Shown here: one piece after another, positions 56,829 to 64,000 of the stretch
Layout of the letters: every line of letters begins with the position of its first letter
Numbering within the stretch: position 1 is the first letter of the stretch
Assembly (NCBI GenBank): GCA_963666275.2
Contig: CAXXOA010000002.1
Coordinates: 320,001 to 384,000 of the forward strand
Direction of reading: 5' to 3'
DNA: 64,000 bases
From: Oceanispirochaeta sp.
Lineage (GTDB): Bacteria; Spirochaetota; Spirochaetia; DSM-2461
The notes under the pieces: model-generated
What the model saw: the letters and a program-made list of their open reading frames with translations, nothing else
The model's database searches: none
What the model was told of the DNA's origin: nothing
Translations under genes and position numbers: made by a program

Positions 56829-57531
56829 ATCTCCCGGGATAGTATTTAATCTGATCGATTCCGTAGAGAATCCTGACAAAGCTGTTATAGCTGCCTGACC
56901 CGAGAGTCAAACGGGGAGAATGGCTGAAACAGAGAAGTCCCGAGACCTCCCGGGGGCGATTATAATACTGCTGCCTGAGATCTTCCCGAACAGCCTCTTT
57001 CACCCCCAGCTCCATAGCCACCCTGCCGGCATCAGCGGTTGTCACAGGCTCGCTGGCTTTCCCGCCGGCGGCTCGGTAGCGGCTCATATGGAACTGCTCC
57101 ACCCGGCGGCTCTGAAGGGGAGAAAGCCAGTAGGAAAACTGAACTGTCAGGGTTCTGTAATCATCAAAGATGGTCTCCACTCTGAGGGAGGGATCCCCTT
57201 TTTCAATCAGAGCGACCGGCGTGAGGGTGAACTCATCTTCGATCTGCTGTTCCCGGGAGCCCGGGACATACCTGTAGTGAAAACCATAGATCATACCGGA
57301 AAAGATCCAGCGGGCTTCTTCCAGTAGGATTCTCACTGCCTTATCCCGGATCTCAGGATACTCCTCGGGACTGGATGCCGTTCCGTCATCGGAAAATTTC
57401 ATCAGATTGAAATCATGAAAGGAGAGATCTTCCGACAGCTCAACAGTAAGATACGGTTCTGATGCGGCATGGAGGGAAAGCCCTGTGAGACAGAACAGAA
57501 AAATGAAAAAAGAAACTCTCAATCGCACCAT
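56827..57531 (-). CDS. Hypothetical exported protein
   Basis: Signal peptide; LLEEARWIFSGMIYGF..YVP core; coupled to the rhomboid gene. Confidence 0.7.
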   Translation of the reverse strand: MVRLRVSFFIFLFCLTGLSLHAASEPYLTVELSEDLSFHDFNLMKFSDDGTASSPEEYPEIRDKAVRILLEEARWIFSGMIYGFHYRYVPGSREQQIEDEFTLTPVALIEKGDPSLRVETIFDDYRTLTVQFSYWLSPLQSRRVEQFHMSRYRAAGGKASEPVTTADAGRVAMELGVKEAVREDLRQQYYNRPREVSGLLCFSHSPRLTLGSGSYNSFVRILYGIDQIKYYPGR

Positions 57532-58187
57532 CAGTTCCAGGGATTACCCCGGGAGTCTCTGAATACAGTGACAGGATCAGTTCCCAGGCGGACACGGAAA
57601 TAGAGGTAACCGAAGAGAAGTCCCGCCAGGTGGGTCATATGAGCCACCCCCCCCTGGAGTCCGAACACCATGGAGAACAGTTCGATTCCCGCATAGAGGG
57701 AGACCATTACCGGAGTTTTCAGGGGGATGATCCCCATCAGATAGACTCTGGAATGGGGGAAATAGACAGCAAATGCCAGAAGTACAGCAAATATGGCCCC
57801 GGAGGCTCCCATCAGAAATACTGTATAGGTCCCTGTCATCAGATATATGACAAGAGAGAAAACACCCGAAAGGATACCCGTAAAAAAGTAGTAGACCATG
57901 AACTCGGTGGACCCCATCCTCTCTTCCAGCTGAGGACCGAAGAAAAAAAGCCCCAGCATATTAAAAAGGATGTGATTCATACCCCCGTGGACAAACATAT
58001 ATGTTACCGGGGTCCAGTAGAAATGCCTTTGAAGAAAAAGGACCGGATTCATAGCCAGATACCCCTGCAGACGGGGCATCAGCATGGTTAGAAAAAAAAC
58101 GGTCACATTAATTCCAATCAGAATCAGAGAGTAATGAGAAAAATGATAGGCAAAAGGTTTTCTTAAACCGCGTCCGTGCTGTTTCAT
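57531..58187 (-). CDS. Rhomboid intramembrane serine protease
   Basis: TYMFVHGG..HILFNM, GASGA, AHMTHLAG. Confidence 0.95.
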   Translation of the reverse strand: MKQHGRGLRKPFAYHFSHYSLILIGINVTVFFLTMLMPRLQGYLAMNPVLFLQRHFYWTPVTYMFVHGGMNHILFNMLGLFFFGPQLEERMGSTEFMVYYFFTGILSGVFSLVIYLMTGTYTVFLMGASGAIFAVLLAFAVYFPHSRVYLMGIIPLKTPVMVSLYAGIELFSMVFGLQGGVAHMTHLAGLLFGYLYFRVRLGTDPVTVFRDSRGNPWN

Positions 58188-58256
58188 AAATATAAAGTAA
58201 TGCTCCCGAGGGGAAAGATCAATAAAATGCTCCTCCTGAAAGAGGGAAATCCACGA

Positions 58257-59852
58257 TTACTGAAGGGAAAAGAGGCGGACCCCTTTATTCTCCAGCTGAT
58301 CGATCAGAAGAGAGTTATCCGCAGAGAGATAGAGACTCCCCTGAGAGGATGTGAAGTCATATTCAACCACAGTCAGGACCTTGGAATCCTTTACAAATTC
58401 CCCGTAGTCTATGCGGATGGGAACGGGTTTGCTCCCGGGCTCAGGCCCAGTCGGACGATCCAGGCTGATCAGCGAAATGAGGATCCGGTTTCTTTCTCTG
58501 ATGATCCACCAGGCAAAGGATTCATCGGCCACAACCTTCAGCAGACGGCCCTTGGTGAATACAGAGGTATACCGGGTATAGACATCTTCAATCCGGTTCT
58601 GAATGTCCCCGAACTCCCTGTCGGTCAGGTAGGAGTTTCCCAGCAGCAGAGGCCGTCTGTACCCGCGAAGTCCGCTGAATCTTGTGAGAAAGTAAAACCG
58701 CAGAACCGAAGCGGGATCTCCTGATTCTGACGGCAGCAGAACTGTCCGTGAAAAGGGTATTTTCTTTTTGCTGTTAATGTCAAAGAGTCTTCCCAGGTTA
58801 TGAAACCAGTCATGGAAAGCCTGTTCATCCAGTGTTCCAATGGAGGAGAGAGGAGAACTCAGCAGATTGGTAATTTCCTGAAACCGCTGATCCTCTTCGC
58901 TTTCTGGATACTCGACAATCCATCCTGTATACTTTTTCAGATCCCCTTTCCCGGGGCTCTGAACAAGAAGAACCGTCTCTTCGGCTTCCCGGGGATTCAT
59001 GCCTTCCGGAAGAGAAAGGAATATGAAATCCAGGGAATACCGGCTCTGGAGATTCAGGAATATATCGGCAAAGTATTCGCGGCAGACAGGGTTTTCCAGG
59101 TTGAAGCAGGGAGTATCCTCCATGCTGCCAATGGTGGCTGCCGTCAGGGAGGCCCCATTCACCCTCTCCCGGATCTTCGGATAATCATAGAATCCGCTCT
59201 TCTGAAATTCTTCAGCCGTGATTCTTTCCACTTCTTTCAGGAGTGCCTGCCGGTCCCCGGGCTGCCTTCCGTTGAGGAGCCACTGAAAAAATTCGGGTTT
59301 TCTGTAGATCACAGCCGAATCGGGTGCCACCAGAGGGGAGAGATAGTACCCGACTTTAAGACCTGTCAGATGGGCGGCCGCCAGGAAAAGATGAAACTGC
59401 TCCTCCAGGGTGAGGCCGGCTGTTTCCATAAGAGGGTCCGAAAGATTCTTATCCAGCAGAGAGTGACTCACCGGATAGAGAGGAAACTCCTCCTGGATCT
59501 GGGTAACCGGCAGGAGAACCAGACCGTCAATTCTCAGATAGGGAAGAATTCTCAGAGCCTGAAAAAAAGATCCCGCATCCCTGAGCTGAAAAAATTGAAA
59601 ATTGCTTTCTCCCATCCATCGGGCATCCCGTCTCCGGCAGACAGGACTGGATGCGCTGCGGAGCAGTGAGAGCCTTCTGAAAAAATCAATGACTCCCCCG
59701 CTGCTGATCTCAGCCGAAGAGTAGTCCTCTTCATTGAGATACCCGCTGTGAGTATACTCTTTAAAGAGTTTGAGACCTTCGCTCTTTTCCGAATCTGATA
59801 AAGGATAAACAGCCGATAATCTTTGCCAGAGTTTTTTTCCTGATACTGCCAT
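58257..59852 (-). CDS. Alpha-amylase (GH13)-like protein, probably degenerate
   Basis: ILPYL..DGLVLLPV, LDKNLSDP, F..FLAAAHLTGLKV, KPEFFQW resemble a GH13 N-terminal barrel; no recognisable catalytic DxxH/E motifs. Confidence 0.5.
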   Translation of the reverse strand: MAVSGKKLWQRLSAVYPLSDSEKSEGLKLFKEYTHSGYLNEEDYSSAEISSGGVIDFFRRLSLLRSASSPVCRRRDARWMGESNFQFFQLRDAGSFFQALRILPYLRIDGLVLLPVTQIQEEFPLYPVSHSLLDKNLSDPLMETAGLTLEEQFHLFLAAAHLTGLKVGYYLSPLVAPDSAVIYRKPEFFQWLLNGRQPGDRQALLKEVERITAEEFQKSGFYDYPKIRERVNGASLTAATIGSMEDTPCFNLENPVCREYFADIFLNLQSRYSLDFIFLSLPEGMNPREAEETVLLVQSPGKGDLKKYTGWIVEYPESEEDQRFQEITNLLSSPLSSIGTLDEQAFHDWFHNLGRLFDINSKKKIPFSRTVLLPSESGDPASVLRFYFLTRFSGLRGYRRPLLLGNSYLTDREFGDIQNRIEDVYTRYTSVFTKGRLLKVVADESFAWWIIRERNRILISLISLDRPTGPEPGSKPVPIRIDYGEFVKDSKVLTVVEYDFTSSQGSLYLSADNSLLIDQLENKGVRLFSLQ

Positions 59853-59859
59853 AGGGATA

Positions 59860-60909
59860 TTATAGCATCTTCTTCAGAAATGTCTCCACCATATCGATTT
59901 GAAGGGTTAATGCCTCACAGGGATCAAAGAGCCCTTTCAGATTTTTCAGGGCTTCATCCATCATGGCTCGCGCAATGTCACCGGCTTTTGCGATCGAACC
60001 GGACTGATCCATAAAGGCGATGGCTTCTTCCACAATATCCCGGCCCTCAGCCATCCCTTTTTCCCCGGCCTGACGGAACAGGTCCGCCAGTGCAGGATAT
60101 TCTCCGGGATTGTCTCTGTGAAACAGAATGACAGGGAGGCTCTTCTTGCCTTCCACAATATCATCCCCTCTCTGCTTGCCGGGATTTCCCGTGGTGAGGT
60201 TCTTCACGTCATCCAGAACCTGGAAGCCCACACCGATCCGCTCCCAGACATCACCGGCCAGGTCCGCTTTTTCAGCAGATTCTCCGGCGATAAGGACCCC
60301 GGCCTGAGCAGCGAACCGGGCAAGAGCTCCGGTTTTGAAACGGCACATCTGAAGGTAGATCTCTTTATCCGGGATATCCCTGTGATTGTTATGCCACTGG
60401 ATATCCAGTCCCTGACCGAAATGAAGACGTCTCAGATTCTCGCAGTACGAATCCAGAAGGGCAAACTTCAGGGCGGCCGGTTTATCAAGTCCGGCAACCA
60501 GGCCGGTGGCATTGAAGTACATAAGGTTCCCCGCATTAATCGACAGATCCTCTCCATAGAGGAGATGAACCGCCGGTTTTCCCCGCCTCTCCACGGACTT
60601 GTCTTCAATATCATCAATGATAAGGGAACCGTTATGGGCCAGCTCCACCATGGGGGTCAGGGGGTATACATCGTCGGGATCCCCTCCGGCGGCTTCGCTG
60701 GACAGGACCATAACAAGAGGACGCCAGCGCTTGCCGCCCCGGTGCAGAAGCTCCACTCCGGGAGCATGGAATGTATCTATCATTCCCCCGGGGATTTCAG
60801 TTTCACGGGACCTTGTCATCCCGTCCATCCAGGCAGGAGGGCAGGTTTCGGGCATGACCCGGAACAGAGCCTCTTCAATTTTTTCCAATCTCAATCTATT
60901 ATGGTCCAT
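59860..60909 (-). CDS. Polyprenyl diphosphate synthase
   Basis: GGKRWRP, HNGSLIIDDIED..RRG, GQGLD, KTG, FQVLDD. Confidence 0.95.
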   Translation of the reverse strand: MDHNRLRLEKIEEALFRVMPETCPPAWMDGMTRSRETEIPGGMIDTFHAPGVELLHRGGKRWRPLVMVLSSEAAGGDPDDVYPLTPMVELAHNGSLIIDDIEDKSVERRGKPAVHLLYGEDLSINAGNLMYFNATGLVAGLDKPAALKFALLDSYCENLRRLHFGQGLDIQWHNNHRDIPDKEIYLQMCRFKTGALARFAAQAGVLIAGESAEKADLAGDVWERIGVGFQVLDDVKNLTTGNPGKQRGDDIVEGKKSLPVILFHRDNPGEYPALADLFRQAGEKGMAEGRDIVEEAIAFMDQSGSIAKAGDIARAMMDEALKNLKGLFDPCEALTLQIDMVETFLKKML

Positions 60910-60952
60910 AATTCATCCTTTTGAAAAACATTATAGTCAGGGAGCTGCCACA

Positions 60953-61552
60953 ATGTCCAACCGAAGCCGACCGGACTTCTATTCACAAAAAGCCAAACGC
61001 GAGGGCTACATGGCCCGATCGGTCTATAAGCTTGAAGAGATCCAGAATAAAACCAGTCTTATCAGACCGGGAGATACTGTTCTTGATATCGGAGCCTCGC
61101 CGGGAAGCTGGACGCAGTACGCTCTGAAGCTCCTGAAAGGACGGGGCCGTGTTGTAGGGGCCGATCTGAAACCTCTGGGAAACTTCAAAGCCAAAGGGGA
61201 CCTGAAATTTATCCAGGGAGATATCTTCTCCGATGAGGTCACAGGCCTTCTCTCCGAACTGGGACCTTTTCAGGTCATAATAAGCGATGCCGCTCCCTCC
61301 ACCTCTGGAAACAGACTGATGGATACCCGGCGTTCCTACGATCTGGTCGAACGGATCCTTGAGTTTACTCTTAAATGGCTGGAACCGGGAGGAAATTTTG
61401 CGGTGAAGGTATTTCAGGGCGGAGATGAACAGGAGCTTTTTGATAGAATGAAACTGGAATTCGCCCAGGTAAAAAGGCTTAAGCCCAAGGCTGTGAGAAA
61501 AGAGTCTTTTGAAACCTACTTTATTGGACTGGGAAGAAACAGCACGGACTGA
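60953..61552 (+). CDS. rlmE: 23S rRNA U2552 2'-O-methyltransferase
   Basis: ARSVYKLEEI, DIGASPGSWTQY, SDAAP, KVFQG, ESFETY; ATG at 60953 after SD GGAG. Confidence 0.95.
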   Translation: MSNRSRPDFYSQKAKREGYMARSVYKLEEIQNKTSLIRPGDTVLDIGASPGSWTQYALKLLKGRGRVVGADLKPLGNFKAKGDLKFIQGDIFSDEVTGLLSELGPFQVIISDAAPSTSGNRLMDTRRSYDLVERILEFTLKWLEPGGNFAVKVFQGGDEQELFDRMKLEFAQVKRLKPKAVRKESFETYFIGLGRNSTD

Positions 61553-62548
61553 TCAGACAGCCCGGCGCCCCCGTGCGGAAGAAAAACCCGAGATCAGCCT
61601 GGTAAGATAGAGCTGAAAGGCGATCACCTGCATCTCCTTTTTCATCTCCCGGAGGGTTCTGTCCAGCCTCTCCCCCTCCTGCTGGGCTTTGACAAGCTCT
61701 TCCAGATGGTACTTCCGCAGACCTTCACTGGTGACTCTCTGATTCTTCTTGCCTCTCACACCGTACATCTGAAAGGCTGTCTGCAGGGTCTCTCCCTCGG
61801 TGACAGCCGTTTTAACCCTCAGGACCCGGCGGATCTGTCTGAGAAAGCCTCCGATAAGGAACACAGGGTCCACATCTCCCGAGAGGATGATTGTGGAAAA
61901 GACCTCCAGAGCCGGATTCAGCTCCTTCAGCAGGACTTTTTCAAAGAGGGTGAATACATTTTCATCCTTGCTGTGATAGACAAACGTATCAATATCCTCT
62001 TCTGAGATCTGATCGCCTATATTGAAGTAGAAAGAGAGTTTACTGCAGGCTATCTTCAGATCGCTGGTGTTGTTCTCCACCATCTCCAGGAGCATATCCA
62101 CTGCCCCTGAGGTAATTTTCATTCCCTGGTCGGAAAAGAACTTAATAATCCAGCTTTTCTTCTGGTTATCAAACATTTCCCAGAATATTTTCTTCTGAGC
62201 CGCAGGCACCAGCTTTTCAACCTTTTTATCGATGGAGATCCCGTCACTGAGAAGAATCAGGGTCACATCCTCCGGCATATTGCCACAGAACTGGGCAAGA
62301 AGCTTTATATCCGCCGCTTTTTTAAGCTCCTCCATATTGTTGATGATAGCCAGCTTGTGAGCAGAAAAAAGTGATCCGTTCCGCAGGATGGAAAGGATCT
62401 GACTCATATCAGAGTCAAAGGGATAAAATTTGTGGGATTCAGGATCCTCACCCAGTTTTTTTTTCAGAGACTGCCTGATATTCGTTATGAACTGGTCTTT
62501 CTGACCTTTTTCAGGTCCCAGGAGAAGGAAAAGTTTGTCTTTAGCCAT
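61553..62548 (-). CDS. holA: DNA polymerase III delta subunit
   Basis: LLLGPE, SLFSAHKL, SKLSFY, NVFTLFE; follows lexA. Confidence 0.85.
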   Translation of the reverse strand: MAKDKLFLLLGPEKGQKDQFITNIRQSLKKKLGEDPESHKFYPFDSDMSQILSILRNGSLFSAHKLAIINNMEELKKAADIKLLAQFCGNMPEDVTLILLSDGISIDKKVEKLVPAAQKKIFWEMFDNQKKSWIIKFFSDQGMKITSGAVDMLLEMVENNTSDLKIACSKLSFYFNIGDQISEEDIDTFVYHSKDENVFTLFEKVLLKELNPALEVFSTIILSGDVDPVFLIGGFLRQIRRVLRVKTAVTEGETLQTAFQMYGVRGKKNQRVTSEGLRKYHLEELVKAQQEGERLDRTLREMKKEMQVIAFQLYLTRLISGFSSARGRRAV

Positions 62549-63143
62549 ACTGTCTTATTATTGTAATGAGTTTTCCCAGAACTTTTACGTCCTGAGTGAA
62601 TATTGATGGGTAAGCCGCATTTTCAGCCTGCAGACGCACCCGGTTTTTCTCTTTGAAAAATCTTTTTAAAGTGACGGCATCGTCCACCATGGCAACGACG
62701 ATCTCTCCGTTTTCAGCCACAGGCTGCTGAACAAATACAGCCAGATCTCCGTCAAAGATACCGGCTCCGGTCATACTCTCCCCTTCCACTCTCAGAGCAA
62801 AAAGGTTTCCCTTTCTCAGCACATCCGATGGTAGCGAGACTGTTCCGTCGTAGTTCTCCTCTGCAAAAAGAGGCAGACCCGCGGCCACATTTCCCAGTAT
62901 GGGGATTTTCTGTGTTTCGTTCTCCTCATCCTTTTCAGGAACCAGGGAGATAGCCCGGGATTTATTATGACTGATGGAAATAACCTGTTTTTTCTCCAGG
63001 GCTTTGACATGGTCATAAGCCCCTTTCACAGAAATACTGAAGTACCGGCCGATCTCCCGGATGGAAGGGGGATACTGATTATCCTGTATGAAAGTGCGGA
63101 TAAAACTGAGAATTTCGTTCTGCCTTTTAGTTAAGGTTTTCAT
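62541..63143 (-). CDS. lexA: LexA repressor
   Basis: [21 protein letters not shown] cleavage site, GESM catalytic Ser, TLKR catalytic Lys. Confidence 0.97.
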   Translation of the reverse strand: MKTLTKRQNEILSFIRTFIQDNQYPPSIREIGRYFSISVKGAYDHVKALEKKQVISISHNKSRAISLVPEKDEENETQKIPILGNVAAGLPLFAEENYDGTVSLPSDVLRKGNLFALRVEGESMTGAGIFDGDLAVFVQQPVAENGEIVVAMVDDAVTLKRFFKEKNRVRLQAENAAYPSIFTQDVKVLGKLITIIRQYG

Positions 63144-64000
63144 CTTTTAATTTCCAATCCGTACTTTTTAATCTTGCTGTGCAGATTACTGGGATATATC
63201 CCCAGATCCTGTGCCGTTTTCGCTATATTGAATCCGTTCCGTTCCAGTCTGTCCTGAAGGATCTCCGCTTCAAAAAGGTCTTTGGCCTCATTCAGCTTCA
63301 TCTCGCCGAATTTTTCAAGCAGGGGTGAGCGCCTTATGACTTTCTTCTCCCCCATAAACTTCCTGACCGTTTCCAGGGAAATAATATCCCCTTCGGACAT
63401 AATGTTAATTCTTTCGATGAAATTTTTCAATTCCCTGATATTCCCCGGCCAGGGATAGGAGACCATCTCCTCCATTCCTTCGGGAGAAATGGTTCGTCCG
63501 GCACTTTTTTCAGGCTTGAACTGGGCCATGAAATGTTCAACAAGCAGGGGGATGTCATCGACACGGTCTTTCAGGGCCGGTACATTTATGGGAACCACAT
63601 TGAGACGGAAATAGAGGTCCTCCCGGAATCTTCCCGCGTCAATCTCCTGAAGGATCTCCTTATTGGTCGCCGCTATAACTCTCACATCCACTGTGATCTG
63701 TTCGGTTCCGCCTATCCTGTCGAATTTCAGCTCCTGTATCGCCCGGAGAACTTTAGCCTGCGCACTGAGGGACATGTCCGCCACCTCATCCAGAAACAGG
63801 GTCCCCCCGTCGGCCAGTTCGAATTTGCCTTTTTTGGAACCTGCGGCTCCCGTAAAAGCCCCCTTCTCATAACCGAAAAGTTCGCTTTCTATGAGATTTT
63901 CAGGGATAGCGGCGCAGTTGATCTCTACAAAAGGGCCGTTTTTCCGGGGACTCTTATTATGAATAGCCCGGGCCACCAGCTCCTTGCCAGTACCGTTATC
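63140..64000 (-). CDS. sigma54-dependent NtrC/NtrX-type regulator, 5' end outside the window
   Basis: [39 protein letters not shown]-terminal Fis-type HTH. Confidence 0.93.
   Translation of the reverse strand, partial: DNGTGKELVARAIHNKSPRKNGPFVEINCAAIPENLIESELFGYEKGAFTGAAGSKKGKFELADGGTLFLDEVADMSLSAQAKVLRAIQELKFDRIGGTEQITVDVRVIAATNKEILQEIDAGRFREDLYFRLNVVPINVPALKDRVDDIPLLVEHFMAQFKPEKSAGRTISPEGMEEMVSYPWPGNIRELKNFIERINIMSEGDIISLETVRKFMGEKKVIRRSPLLEKFGEMKLNEAKDLFEAEILQDRLERNGFNIAKTAQDLGIYPSNLHSKIKKYGLEIKR

Noticed and set aside
60599..60952. N-terminal extension of rlmE in the ORF track
   Set aside because: It overlaps the divergent prenyltransferase gene; ATG 60953 has an SD and matches the family start

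Overview
Gene-dense core-chromosome segment of a bacterium that is most likely a free-living anaerobic spirochaete (Spirochaetaceae). This taxonomy is inferred from the SthK-like channel, flgM, the carD-ispD-ispF and NtrC-lexA-holA gene orders and the sigma28 promoters. It holds about 55 CDS (ftsK, uppP, tag, nadE, gnd, carD, ispD, ispF, nth, lspA, flgM, rsmI, aroA, htpG, nifS, nifU, aspS, serA, rlmE, holA, lexA and others) and two tRNAs (Gly-GCC, Ala-GGC). No rRNA, CRISPR array, integrase or transposase is visible. The most striking item is an HD-GYP phosphodiesterase with intact catalytic motifs fused to a voltage-sensor-like S1-S4 membrane module (44223-45740), a candidate voltage-controlled c-di-GMP enzyme. 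Other notable items: (1) an unexplained ~125-nt rod-shaped element with 20-bp direct repeats downstream of flgM; (2) a 177-bp tRNA-Gly 3'-end repeat unit; (3) sigma28 promoters on ftsK and on a cNMP-bPH/YD-repeat operon; (4) a sigma54-driven NifV-like protein with a degenerate active site; (5) a Rex-like regulator lacking its NADH motif behind a perfect 28-bp palindrome; (6) a homopolymer frameshift in the DUF58 gene; (7) a probable CTG-initiated zinc-ribbon gene. All calls come from motif recognition by eye; no searches were run.
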